64,000 bases of DNA from a virus (lineage: Duplodnaviria > Heunggongvirae > Uroviricota > Caudoviricetes), in IMG/VR virus record IMGVR_UViG_3300038393_001148; one strand, given 5' to 3'. The notes under the pieces are model-generated. The model saw only the letters and a program-made list of their open reading frames with translations. It had not been told where the DNA came from and did not search any database. The position numbers and the translations under genes are program-made. Shown here piece after piece: positions 43,038-53,182 of the stretch (the stretch's first letter is position 1; every line of letters starts with the position of its first letter).

Positions 43038-43130
43038 CTAGGAGCGCCCCGCCAGCCACAGACAGCCAGCAGCCAGCATCAGGTTCGGTACCGCCAACAC
43101 CACGGCGACGATCAGATCGCTCGTCATCAT
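43035..43130 (-). CDS. About 30-aa hydrophobic peptide (MMTSDLIVAVVLAVPNLMLAAGCLWLAGRS)
   Basis: Hand translation. Its ATG overlaps the stop of the HTH gene (ATGATGA). Confidence 0.3.
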
Positions 43131-43432
43131 GCGTTCTCTCCTGTCTGGGTTCTCGGTCGCTTTCCGGTCTTTACGCTCGTGTCCGGGAGCCAGTCCTTGG
43201 GGTCGTAGCCCATCGCCTTGAGGTAACGCTCAGCCCGCAGACGATTCATGCTCAAGTTTCGCGCCTCGTAGCGCACCGTCTCGCCAGCGGCGTTCGCCTT
43301 GAACTGGGGCGAGATCCGCTGGGTGCTCACGACACGGCCGACGCTGGAGTGATGAACGTTCAAGCGGCGGGCAAGCTCGCGGATGCTGAGGCCAGACTCG
43401 TGAAACGCGCGGCGGATCGCCTCGACCGGCAC
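43127..43432 (-). CDS. Helix-turn-helix DNA-binding regulator (101 aa)
   Basis: The motif LSIRELARRLNVHHSSVGRVV is a classic HTH. The gene is transcribed antisense to the flanking tail genes. Confidence 0.55.
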   Translation of the reverse strand: MPVEAIRRAFHESGLSIRELARRLNVHHSSVGRVVSTQRISPQFKANAAGETVRYEARNLSMNRLRAERYLKAMGYDPKDWLPDTSVKTGKRPRTQTGENA

Positions 43433-43568
43433 GCTCTCTCATGCAAGACCCGTGGGGTAGCCACCGGCCGTGTGGTTTGGGTCTGGGGTTACGTAGCTAT
43501 CGGATTGCTGGGAATCCATCAGACTCACCAGGGAGACCCATTGTGATTGGAGCCGTAGTAGGGAAGCT

Positions 43569-43588
43569 TATCGAGGATCCACTCGATA
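43569..43588. promoter_or_regulatory. 20-bp palindrome TATCGAG-GATCCA-CTCGATA in the divergent region between the HTH gene and the tape measure gene. Candidate operator.
   Basis: Read directly. It lies about 135 bp upstream of the HTH gene start. Confidence 0.4.
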
Positions 43589-43666
43589 GGCCTGAAAATA
43601 AAATCGATCATAGGCGGTAGTATACCCTTGTTTGCCCTTTTGTCAAGTCCGGTCACATAAGATTCG

Positions 43667-45871
43667 ATGGCAGAAGAGAATGATCCTGGCAGCATCAGAG
43701 TACAGCTAAGCCTTCTTTCGGCCCAGGATACCCAGGCCGCGCAGCAGCTTGCCGCCTCCCTTGGAGAAATCTCCAAGATGTTCCAGGCGCTTAAGGCTAC
43801 CGACTTTCAGGACACGGCCAAGAAGATGGGCCAACTGCATGCTCAGATGGTCCGTGATACCGAGCGTCTTCAACAGCAACAGCAACAACTTATGAGCGGC
43901 GGTGGAGCTTCAACCATCGACAAAGTTAAGGGTTTCTTTGGGCGGGGGAAGTCGGACGAGACTATTGCGGATAACTTGCGCGATACGGCACGGCAAAACC
44001 GAGACGAAGCTGCCAGAAAAGAGGAAGAGCGCAAGGAGCGCGAGCGCGTCCGCATTGAGAATCTTACCGAGCAACAGCACAGGGCAGATCAGATGCGTCG
44101 GGCTGCCAAGCTTCCCAATGTAGGTGAAGGGAATTATATGAAGGACGGCAAAGAGGTTATTCCCTGGTTCAACCGCATCGAGCCTCTTGTCGGCGAACCA
44201 ACGGGCTTCCGTATTCCCCGCTTCGGTGAACTTAACGCGCAGGACTACTTTAACATCCTCCGCGACAGCCGAATGAAGAAGGCGCTTGAGGCGCAGAGCG
44301 CAGGAGATATTGCCGGGGCTGACCGGATTGGTGGTCAGGCCGCCCGCCTCCAGCAAGTGTCAGATATCGTCGGATATGGATATGCCGCGCGGAACCTCTT
44401 CCAGCGCGCCGGGAACTATATGGCGGGTCAGGGATTCAGCATTCGAGGGATGCGAGATGCCGGATCCGCTCTTGGGTTCCGTAGGGACTCGAACGCCCTC
44501 TCCGACATCTTTGGCATGCAGACTCCCTTCTCCCAAGCCGGAGCGGAAGGCTTCCGTCAGTCTATGGATATTCAAAGACTGCGCTTTTCGGCAGGAATCA
44601 ATAAGGAACAGGCCGCACAGATTGTGTCTGCCTCGGCAGCGGCCGGGTTCTCAGGCGGTGCTCGTCAGGACATCGCCACCCAATTCATGGGACCTCTCTT
44701 CCGCCAGTTTGGCGTAGACCCGCAAAACCTCATTCCCTTTACCCAAGTCCTGCGCACGGGAACGGCTAGCGTCCAAGACCTACATAAGGAGCTTGCCAGC
44801 TTGGGCGAAACCGCTAGAGCCGCAAGGCTTGATGTCAATGCCATGGCGCAAGCCCTCGCCCAGTCGGGAGAGGCCGCTCAAGCAGCGGGAGGCAACTACA
44901 TGTCCGGCGTGAGCTTCGGACGCCAGTTTTCCACCGCCTATGGCCTATCTCCAAACGTGGGCAATCAATTACTCCAGAATCCCTTTGTCCAGGCACAGCT
45001 AGGCGCGAGCACAGGGTTGCCAGCGTTTGCGCAGGCGTCTCTTCCAGGCTCGGTAAAGAGTCAGGCACTTTCCGCCTCAGCCAAAATGCTCTATCGAGCC
45101 TTCGCGGGCTCCTTAGGGACCCAAGGAAGACGGGTAGCGATCAAAGACGCCCAAGGCAACACCATCGGTTACGAGACTGGAGCCAATCCCGCGATGGCTG
45201 CCGCAGCTTCGCAGCTTGGAATGAATGCGGACGAGCTTCAAAAACTCCTCAATGGTCAAGACTTCGGCAGTCGCATGGGCGCGGCGCAGTCTGCTGTCAA
45301 TGCCTATAACGATGCCGGGGCGGCGATGTCTAACCGATCAGATGCGGGCCTGCGCTGGGCGCACTCCCAGGGCTATCGGGTCAATGCACAGGGCGAAGTC
45401 CTTGCCCCAATGAGCGTCGGATCCGGGCGCGGCTCGTCAGGAGGGATCCGATGGCGTGTCAACAGGGGCTTGACGGAGGAAATGCAGAAGCGTTCTTCGG
45501 CTACGGCGATGGATATCTTGAGTGGCAACGGTGGGGCACACGTCGGATGGGACGAAGTAGCCAAATTGGCGCGTCAAGCGGGAGTATCTGCCGATGACCT
45601 CAAGGAGGCTCACGGTAAGAAAACCATCAAGGCTCAGGTTGAGGAGGTCCGCCGCCTACTTGGCGACAAGTCTGCCGAGCAACAGGCTCAAGCGCTGGTC
45701 GCCTTCACCGGCCCCGCCGCGAAGTTCTTCAAGGCGCTGGTCAACAAGAATGGCGGTTGGGACCAATTCGGCGGACAGCCAAACGCCCTAGCCGCCTCGT
45801 CGTCTGGACCATCTCCTCTCAGCAATCAAGGGAACTCTGGCCTTAGCGGCTTTGACACCCCCGGTCCATAA
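43667..45871 (+). CDS. Putative tape measure protein (734 aa)
   Basis: It follows the tube and chaperone genes. It has a Q-rich coiled-coil N-terminus and is Ala/Gly-rich and long. Confidence 0.55.
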   Translation: MAEENDPGSIRVQLSLLSAQDTQAAQQLAASLGEISKMFQALKATDFQDTAKKMGQLHAQMVRDTERLQQQQQQLMSGGGASTIDKVKGFFGRGKSDETIADNLRDTARQNRDEAARKEEERKERERVRIENLTEQQHRADQMRRAAKLPNVGEGNYMKDGKEVIPWFNRIEPLVGEPTGFRIPRFGELNAQDYFNILRDSRMKKALEAQSAGDIAGADRIGGQAARLQQVSDIVGYGYAARNLFQRAGNYMAGQGFSIRGMRDAGSALGFRRDSNALSDIFGMQTPFSQAGAEGFRQSMDIQRLRFSAGINKEQAAQIVSASAAAGFSGGARQDIATQFMGPLFRQFGVDPQNLIPFTQVLRTGTASVQDLHKELASLGETARAARLDVNAMAQALAQSGEAAQAAGGNYMSGVSFGRQFSTAYGLSPNVGNQLLQNPFVQAQLGASTGLPAFAQASLPGSVKSQALSASAKMLYRAFAGSLGTQGRRVAIKDAQGNTIGYETGANPAMAAAASQLGMNADELQKLLNGQDFGSRMGAAQSAVNAYNDAGAAMSNRSDAGLRWAHSQGYRVNAQGEVLAPMSVGSGRGSSGGIRWRVNRGLTEEMQKRSSATAMDILSGNGGAHVGWDEVAKLARQAGVSADDLKEAHGKKTIKAQVEEVRRLLGDKSAEQQAQALVAFTGPAAKFFKALVNKNGGWDQFGGQPNALAASSSGPSPLSNQGNSGLSGFDTPGP

Positions 45872-46659
45872 TGTCTCATAGCCTTATCTTTTCTCATCCT
45901 GACGTAGATGCGGATATCGGATCCCTGACGATAACGACCGGCATGAACCGCGTAAGCTGGGCATACAACTTGAACACCCAGGCGTATCCGACATACGCGG
46001 GAGAGGTCGTGCAAATACTATCATGTAATATCGACAATCTTCAAATTGAAGGAGATGTCCGGTCGTACGCAGAAATGGAGGCCATCTATCGATGGTTCCT
46101 CCTCTACATGCAGAAGGCCACCCAGGGTGCGGGAGGAGACTCGTATGTGGAAAAGGCGGTTAAGCTGGAATACCCTCATCGAGGATGGACGATGTTTATT
46201 AAGCCGATCCAACTCCCAGCGCTGCGCTATGGCCGAGATGTCGTCGTCCCTTCCTGGTCGATGCAGGCGCACGTCGTTAACCCTGATCCAGAACAAGCAG
46301 AACTTAGTATTGATAATGCTGTCGGAGTCGCAGGACAGATCGAGAACTTCGAAGCTCGCGTCAGCGCCGATATCGGCTTCCGTCGAAGCAACCCATTTTC
46401 CGACCCACTGGCAACGATTACCCAAGAAGAGAACAAGCTCTACCCCGGAGCCAGTGATATTGCAGGGATCAAGGTCCAGGGATCTGGTCAGGCGGCTGGA
46501 GACCTTGGTGTGGCTCTCCAGGGTCTTGCCAAGCAGATGCAGAGTATGTTCGAGGCCCTGATGAGCGGCGATGTCAAGGACTTGATCCAGTCCTCAGATG
46601 TTGGGAGTAAGCCAGCGACCTCCACAGGCTCATCGTCAGAGCAGACTAAGACGCCTTAG
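45871..46659 (+). CDS. Putative distal tail or baseplate hub-associated protein (262 aa)
   Basis: The call is positional. Its start overlaps the tape measure stop (ATAATG). Confidence 0.45.
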   Translation: MSHSLIFSHPDVDADIGSLTITTGMNRVSWAYNLNTQAYPTYAGEVVQILSCNIDNLQIEGDVRSYAEMEAIYRWFLLYMQKATQGAGGDSYVEKAVKLEYPHRGWTMFIKPIQLPALRYGRDVVVPSWSMQAHVVNPDPEQAELSIDNAVGVAGQIENFEARVSADIGFRRSNPFSDPLATITQEENKLYPGASDIAGIKVQGSGQAAGDLGVALQGLAKQMQSMFEALMSGDVKDLIQSSDVGSKPATSTGSSSEQTKTP

Positions 46660-46690
46660 GAAACCACTTGCGCCGTCAGGTAATACCTGC

Positions 46691-47425
46691 ATGGCAGCCT
46701 GGCAATATAACTTCCCCGGAGAAACAGCCCCGGTCGTCGGCACCGACCAAGGGTACTACGTTAATCACCCTAACGTTCCGACTCGCTATACCGCGAACGC
46801 CGACAACAGCATCGGCTATCTAGAGGACCAGGACGGAAAGCGCCTGCACCTGTGGATTACGGACATTGAGATGAACTTCCAGGTCTCTGGACAATACGCT
46901 CAGTCCCACCGCTATCGGCAATGGTATCCGCGCAACTTCGTCCAGCCTCGGGTGATGATCCAGGGCCAGGTTGCAAATGAAGCCGATTACGGAAACCTTG
47001 CAGAGTTTATCCGCATCACCCAACGCAAGGCGCTGAGGTGGGCAAGTGCGGATGACCATATGTGGTCTACCAACCTTCATATTTCATCGGGCGGTATACA
47101 GAACCACCGGCGTCAAGGGCACTCACTTAACGGCCATATTCTCAACATCCAGCGTACGGCCGAGCGATGGGTTAATGCTCCCACGTTCCAGTTCGAATTC
47201 GTCGTCGTGACCGCAGCCGCAGGCCTATATCACACCCAAAGTACGGATGCCTCTGGAGCTAAGAATAAGATTGCTAAGTACATGGATCCGATGGCGCAGC
47301 AGGTGAACAACACGGCGCGCAACGGTCAGTCCATCGACTGGATACGAGATCCCGATAACGGTCCGGCCGGACAAGGCGGAAGCGGAGTAGCGGGCTATAG
47401 CAAGGGCGAAGGGAAGCCGGACTAA
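46691..47425 (+). CDS. Putative baseplate or tail protein
   Basis: Track ORF 46598..47425. The first Met after the upstream stop is preferred. Confidence 0.45.
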   Translation: MAAWQYNFPGETAPVVGTDQGYYVNHPNVPTRYTANADNSIGYLEDQDGKRLHLWITDIEMNFQVSGQYAQSHRYRQWYPRNFVQPRVMIQGQVANEADYGNLAEFIRITQRKALRWASADDHMWSTNLHISSGGIQNHRRQGHSLNGHILNIQRTAERWVNAPTFQFEFVVVTAAAGLYHTQSTDASGAKNKIAKYMDPMAQQVNNTARNGQSIDWIRDPDNGPAGQGGSGVAGYSKGEGKPD

Positions 47426-50100
47426 TGCGGCGATTGGTGTACAGCCCCAAAGCATATGTCTACATTCAAACCGACTCCGGGACCTACAACATCTCGGACT
47501 TGGTGGTATCCGGAAGCGTTCATCGAAAGGTCAATCAGGTTAGCACCGCCGAGGTTACCTTCCAGAATCCAAACCGTACCTTCACGCAACCGGGCAATCC
47601 GACGTTTCGCCCGATGGACAAGATTACGATCTTCCTTCAGCGGCTTCCGGGGTTCCCGGTCCAGTCGTTCACGGGGTACTTGGATCAGACGCCGTACTAT
47701 CAGATGTACCCAGGTACATGTACGCTTCGCGCCTCTTGTACGTTGAAGCGTCTTCAGTATACGTATTTCGATCCGGGACTACCATTCGTCATCAACTTCC
47801 TGGCACGCTATGGCTGGCTTACGGATGGTAACGGGACGATCCAGAATCCGAAAAAGCCCGGTACCAAGCCCGTCGATGAGGCCCAGGCAGCACAGTCGGC
47901 GTCCATGGCAGACCTAATGTTCGCCTCCCTCAAGCACATCGCCGGATGGGACCCCGACCTGATCTTCATCGAACAGCTTCCAACTTCGCTGACGGATCGA
48001 ATCCACGAAATCTACTTCGCCCTCCACGAGAGCGCCGATGCCGCATCGGAAGATTTCAAACAATGGCTGAAGGACTACATCGGCGCAGGGTCGGTAGGCG
48101 GTGGCGGAACGGCTCCTTCGGGGACGCCTTCCGGACCTGTCAAAGAACTTAAGAATATCGTTCCTATCGTCGTTGACGCAGCCGAAAAGAATGGCATACC
48201 AGCGGAGCTACCCCTCGCCGTTATTGGTCTGGAGACGGGCTACGGGGTCAACATGCACAACCCTCGCTCTGACGCCAATGGATGGTTTCAATGGACTCGT
48301 GGTTCATTCGGCCCGTCAGAGAACGCGGGCTGCCCCGGATCCTGGGCAAAGTGCGGGCATCCGGCCACTCTGAAGTACTCAGATAACGACGACCTTGGGA
48401 TTGCCTCAAACGGCTTCGCGTACGCAGCCAAGTTGGCCGCTAATAAGAATCCATCCTTCAGGCGCAACCTCCAAGAATGGGCAATGTATATTCAGGGAGT
48501 CACCCTGAGTAACAACCCGCTCTACGGCACGTTTAACGCTGAGGTAGAAAAGGCTAAGGGCTATATCTCGTCCTATGGCGGTACCAGCGCGAAGGCCAAG
48601 GCGTCCTCGGTAGAAGATCAGCAAAAGGGCGGCAAGGAGGGCGTGGATACGCAGACCAAATCTGGAGATCCCGCCGCCACAAGCGACCCTTCTCAGACTA
48701 AGAGCGTGACAATCTATGCACCGATCAAGGGCAACGTTCACTACGGTCGTGGATGGCATCAGGCGACCGAGGGCGGTCCTATTGAGCAGACCAGTACTTC
48801 GGGACATATCCACTGGCACTCTGGCATAGACGCTGGGGTACCGGCTGGCACGCCGTGTATCGCACCATGCGATGGAGAAATCACCCTCTCGACTCCCACA
48901 TGGTCGGACGGAGGAATGATCCATTTTAAGTTCACCGAGCAAACGGGAGACATCAACGCTGGCACGATCATCGGTTGGGGCCACGTCCAAGCAACGGGCC
49001 TGCACCCCGTTGGTAAGGTGAAGGGCGGAACACAAATCGCCCTCAGTGGCAATCCGGGTGGTGGGCCTCACGTCCACTTCATCCAGCGAAACGACGGAAC
49101 GGACGGCACCGGGGACGGCAATACCGACCCCTTGTCATTGTTGAAGGCCTTGCAGAAGGGCGAAACGGCTCCGACCGACGCCTCGGATCCGGGTTCCGGT
49201 GGCCCGGACTCCACCGGCTTTGGAGACGCCCTAGCGGCGGCTAAGACTGCATCGGTCTTTACCACACTGAATTTCCCCCAGGCCGTCTCAGCGGCCGAAT
49301 CTCTCGTGTTGCGCGGCGACGATGCGCGTGGTCGATCATTGATGAACGATCAGCCACTACTTCCATTTATCGAGCAACTAGCCAAGGGTTCGTTGCGGTC
49401 ATTCATGACCTTGCCTAACGGAGATTTCTTTTCCTTCCACCCAGATTATTTTGGAGCCTTCAACACCGCTCCTTACTGGGAGATTGATGACATCGAAGTC
49501 CTTGAAGGCAATATCGACCTCACGGACGAGGCGCTGATCACCCACGTCTTCGTGACCGGGGCTACGCTGCCGAGCCAGCAGATCGACATCACCCGAAAGC
49601 TAAACACCCATGGCGTAGTGAATGTCCTGAACGCGGGGACGGCTGATTTCCTGAATACCGACCCCAAGGAGGCCAAGAAGACCAACGAGCAGGGCGACAC
49701 TAAGGAGAAGGACTTGACCCCGTTCCTGGGCTCGATAGACGCCTCTATCGCATTCCTGACCCGCTACGGCACGCGGCCTTATGTCGAGGATGCTCCGTTC
49801 ATCCGCTCCCATATCTTTGAGACCTTCTACGCCTACCAGACATTTATGTTGGCCTGGGCGAGGCAGTTCATGACGACCTTTAGCTTCACCTTTATGCCGG
49901 AGATATACCCCGGAGGGCTAGTGAAGTTTAAGGATCACGATATCCAGATGTACGTAGACGAAGTACACCATTCCTGGGATTACTCGTCGGGCTTCACCAC
50001 CCAAGCCAATCTCTCGGCTCCTTCTTCCACCGGAACGAACAAGAGCATCTCAAGAGGCATGGTCCGCGCGATGAGCCAGAAGGGTCTAGGGGATCAGTGA
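47425..50100 (+). CDS. Tail-associated lysin with lytic transglycosylase (SLT-like) and M23 peptidase-like domains (891 aa)
   Basis: The SLT-like segment is ...AVIGLETGYGVNMHNPRSDANGWFQW.... The M23-like segment is HIHWHSGIDAG...GGPHVHF (HxxxD...HxH). Confidence 0.65.
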   Translation: MRRLVYSPKAYVYIQTDSGTYNISDLVVSGSVHRKVNQVSTAEVTFQNPNRTFTQPGNPTFRPMDKITIFLQRLPGFPVQSFTGYLDQTPYYQMYPGTCTLRASCTLKRLQYTYFDPGLPFVINFLARYGWLTDGNGTIQNPKKPGTKPVDEAQAAQSASMADLMFASLKHIAGWDPDLIFIEQLPTSLTDRIHEIYFALHESADAASEDFKQWLKDYIGAGSVGGGGTAPSGTPSGPVKELKNIVPIVVDAAEKNGIPAELPLAVIGLETGYGVNMHNPRSDANGWFQWTRGSFGPSENAGCPGSWAKCGHPATLKYSDNDDLGIASNGFAYAAKLAANKNPSFRRNLQEWAMYIQGVTLSNNPLYGTFNAEVEKAKGYISSYGGTSAKAKASSVEDQQKGGKEGVDTQTKSGDPAATSDPSQTKSVTIYAPIKGNVHYGRGWHQATEGGPIEQTSTSGHIHWHSGIDAGVPAGTPCIAPCDGEITLSTPTWSDGGMIHFKFTEQTGDINAGTIIGWGHVQATGLHPVGKVKGGTQIALSGNPGGGPHVHFIQRNDGTDGTGDGNTDPLSLLKALQKGETAPTDASDPGSGGPDSTGFGDALAAAKTASVFTTLNFPQAVSAAESLVLRGDDARGRSLMNDQPLLPFIEQLAKGSLRSFMTLPNGDFFSFHPDYFGAFNTAPYWEIDDIEVLEGNIDLTDEALITHVFVTGATLPSQQIDITRKLNTHGVVNVLNAGTADFLNTDPKEAKKTNEQGDTKEKDLTPFLGSIDASIAFLTRYGTRPYVEDAPFIRSHIFETFYAYQTFMLAWARQFMTTFSFTFMPEIYPGGLVKFKDHDIQMYVDEVHHSWDYSSGFTTQANLSAPSSTGTNKSISRGMVRAMSQKGLGDQ

Positions 50101-50585
50101 GCCTAGGCAAGCAATGGATGGAGGTTACCCACGTCTATCCTCCTAACAAGGAGGTCGCCGGAACGCTGCGCGATGGTGGGACCGTTGCCGTTTCGCTCTT
50201 CGAGGTCCCGTCAGGATTTCGGTGGCCCATCGAAGGAGAAATATGGACCATTGAGCGGGATCGCCTCGATAACACCCAATGGGTATTAGGCAATCGAGTC
50301 CATCATCAACTTCTGGACCACGAACTTGCCATCACGGATATGAGTCCGGGAGAGATGCGCCTTGACGCCACCTCGGTCGTAGATCGGAATGGCAGGCAAA
50401 TACTCAACACCGAGAGCCCTCTACGAGAGTTCAACACAGCAGGGAAGACCAGTGCCCAGATTGACGCCTTGTTCTCGTCCGTCCCGCCAAACGGCACTTT
50501 TATTTCGGATCCGACCAATAAATTACTCCTAATCAGGCAAGCTGGGAAGTGGAATAAGACAGCCATTCTAACCACTATTGCCTAG
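50097..50585 (+). CDS. Putative baseplate spike or hub accessory protein (162 aa)
   Basis: The call is positional. Confidence 0.4.
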   Translation: MSLGKQWMEVTHVYPPNKEVAGTLRDGGTVAVSLFEVPSGFRWPIEGEIWTIERDRLDNTQWVLGNRVHHQLLDHELAITDMSPGEMRLDATSVVDRNGRQILNTESPLREFNTAGKTSAQIDALFSSVPPNGTFISDPTNKLLLIRQAGKWNKTAILTTIA

Positions 50586-50607
50586 GGCTGCGCTCTTGTA
50601 ATCTCTG

Positions 50608-51084
50608 ATGAGTTGGTCGCTGCAAGTAAATAATGGAGATTTGGTTCTAAACGGGGCTCAATTTGGGACCGTTACGGATGAAAATAAACTTGTGCAGGAT
50701 TTTCGTCATTTCATCTTAGAAAAGATGGGGACTGACCCATCCTATCCATGGTATGGATCCTTGCTTGATGGAGGCGTAAAGCCCAACGGACAGGTGGTTG
50801 AATCCGTAATCGCAGGCACCGACTGGGGCCACCTCAAGCTGCGCATCGAAGCCGAAATTCGTCGTATCGCCAGCCTCTACCAGAATCAACAGGTCGAACG
50901 AGCAAAGCGAGATCGCGACCGCTACAACCGCTCCACGCTCTCGCTCGGGGAGGTTCTCGCCGCTGTGAATTCGATTGACTTCTCCCAGAACGCAGACGCT
51001 CTTACTATCACCATCCACCTTCAAAGCGGACGCGACAACAACCCAGTTGTAGCCCTTGACCTTCCCCCAGTAATCACACGTTAA
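50608..51084 (+). CDS. Putative gp25/GPW-like baseplate wedge protein (158 aa)
   Basis: The call rests on size and position. Confidence 0.4.
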   Translation: MSWSLQVNNGDLVLNGAQFGTVTDENKLVQDFRHFILEKMGTDPSYPWYGSLLDGGVKPNGQVVESVIAGTDWGHLKLRIEAEIRRIASLYQNQQVERAKRDRDRYNRSTLSLGEVLAAVNSIDFSQNADALTITIHLQSGRDNNPVVALDLPPVITR

Positions 51085-51085
51085 T

Positions 51086-53182
51086 ATGGCTCTCACTCAG
51101 CAAGAACTAGCTGCACAAATGCTCGCCCAGCTTCGCTTGCTGGACCCTTCGGTTTCGGCCGAGGTGGGGACGCCCGAGCGTAAGATCCTTGACACGGTAG
51201 CTCAGGCGCTCTCGGACGCGCAAGTCGATCTCGTCCAGCTTTCGGGGGCCTTAGATATCGATTCCAAGGTAGGGTCCAAGCTAGATAACTTCCTAGCCTT
51301 GTTCGGATTCGGTCGTCAAAAGGCCGTTGCCGCTAGCGGGTTCGTGTCCTTCGGGCGAACATCCCCTTCGACTCAAGACATCCGGATCCCAGCCGGAACC
51401 CAGGTCATTGCCCCAAACCAATCATCAAGCCTGGTTTCCGCAGACACCCTTCAGAACGTCGTATTCGAGACGACGTTCGACACCACCCTACTTGCCGGAC
51501 AGACTAGTGTTGCTGCCCCAGTGAGGGCAATGCTCACCGGGTCTATCGGCAACGTAGCCGCAAATAAGATCACCCTGTTTGCAGCAAACCCTGTCTACGG
51601 CATCCACACGGTCAATAACGAAGCGGCCATCTCGGGAGGAGTCGATCAGGAAGATGACGACCAACTTAAGGTCCGATTCAAGAACACCGTCTTCCGAAAC
51701 CTCGCTGGCACCCAAGACCAATATATCGCTATTGCCGCCTCAGCAGCGACGACTACCAAGGTAAACGTTGTCGGCCCGATCTCCCGGTACCGGGAATACA
51801 TTCAGGTACCTCCCGTAGACGACAACTCCGCGTATGACGTGGACAGTGATGGATCGCCGGATCTGGGCCTCGGTACGGTTGGCGAGTACACCACCGCTAT
51901 GTCAACTGTTCCCTACTCTAAACACATTTATTCAAACGTTCCTAACTTCATCTCTAACGGTCAGAATGGCTCTAGCTCAGTCTTCTGGCGCGAGGGATTT
52001 GATTGGCGGATGAACGTTCTGTCTTCGGCCAAGGATCGCGGTGATACGCGACGTTTTGCCGCTACGAATATCGACGTGAGCGCCGCCAACGCACCTTTCC
52101 GTCCTAATATCACGTTCACCAACGTCTACACGGGTACAAACGATGACGTGGTAGCCATCCGGCCAGGAGACACCTTGCTGTTCGAGCATAGTTACATGTC
52201 TCAGGCTTCGCGAAATAACTTCGACATAAATGTTACAAATTGCGTTGATGTATATGTTGATGGAGCGAACGAGGTGGTTGGTTCTACCATCTTCCCTTCA
52301 CCCGGTGCCTCGACTACCGCAGCCATCGTTAATACAGCCACGAGTAAATACTATCAACAGAATTATCGACTCGCGGGTCAACCTACAACACTCCCGACCC
52401 TGGGCTATCTCCTATTTCCTCTGTACTGGCAGCCGGTAGTTGATCTCCCTGAACAGATCATCATCTCAACTACGACCGACACCTCAATTTTCTACCTCGG
52501 CGAACACTACTTCCTCGCCGAGGATGTCACCGAACTTCGGGGAACGATCCGCGCTCGCAACGGAATCCTATGGAACCCCAATGCTAATGGAGCAACCTCG
52601 CCGTCCGACGTTGCCAGAACTGGGCTCTCACTTAACGAATTCCCAGCCGGGACTTCGGTTGCTGTGGATAATTATGTCTACGACCGCAACATCGTAGACC
52701 TTCAAGGCAATCTTGAGGCTTCTAAGCAGGTTACCACCGATGTCCTCGTCCATCGTGCCAAGCTCCGTTACTTCAAGCTTGACATCACCGTCATGTATGG
52801 ATCCGGAGCGAATACAGCGGCAACCAACAACGCAATCCGTATTGCAGTAAATAATTACTTTCAATCTCAGTATTTTGGCAACGTTATCCAGCTATCTGAC
52901 TTACTACAGGCGATCCACTCCGTCTCTGGCGTGGACAACGTGAGATGGTCCTCTGACTTGCCCAATTCGGTCGCTACGACGAGAGTCGCTGAGACGAGTC
53001 AGATGGGAGTCGAATTGGGCACGAATTTTTCATCAGATTTCTTCGTCAAGGATGATGAGCTTCCGCGCTTGTCTGAAGCTTTGAGTTCAGGTGACGAGTC
53101 AGGGGTCGCTAATAGACAGTGGGCCGCAGTGCCAGGAATTCTTATTAGGGCGCGAGCACAGAACTCGTGGCAGAGGTCGTAA
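51086..53182 (+). CDS. Putative baseplate J-like protein (698 aa)
   Basis: It lies immediately after the gp25-like gene, as in P2 and Mu-like baseplates. No motif was verified. Confidence 0.4.
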   Translation: MALTQQELAAQMLAQLRLLDPSVSAEVGTPERKILDTVAQALSDAQVDLVQLSGALDIDSKVGSKLDNFLALFGFGRQKAVAASGFVSFGRTSPSTQDIRIPAGTQVIAPNQSSSLVSADTLQNVVFETTFDTTLLAGQTSVAAPVRAMLTGSIGNVAANKITLFAANPVYGIHTVNNEAAISGGVDQEDDDQLKVRFKNTVFRNLAGTQDQYIAIAASAATTTKVNVVGPISRYREYIQVPPVDDNSAYDVDSDGSPDLGLGTVGEYTTAMSTVPYSKHIYSNVPNFISNGQNGSSSVFWREGFDWRMNVLSSAKDRGDTRRFAATNIDVSAANAPFRPNITFTNVYTGTNDDVVAIRPGDTLLFEHSYMSQASRNNFDINVTNCVDVYVDGANEVVGSTIFPSPGASTTAAIVNTATSKYYQQNYRLAGQPTTLPTLGYLLFPLYWQPVVDLPEQIIISTTTDTSIFYLGEHYFLAEDVTELRGTIRARNGILWNPNANGATSPSDVARTGLSLNEFPAGTSVAVDNYVYDRNIVDLQGNLEASKQVTTDVLVHRAKLRYFKLDITVMYGSGANTAATNNAIRIAVNNYFQSQYFGNVIQLSDLLQAIHSVSGVDNVRWSSDLPNSVATTRVAETSQMGVELGTNFSSDFFVKDDELPRLSEALSSGDESGVANRQWAAVPGILIRARAQNSWQRS

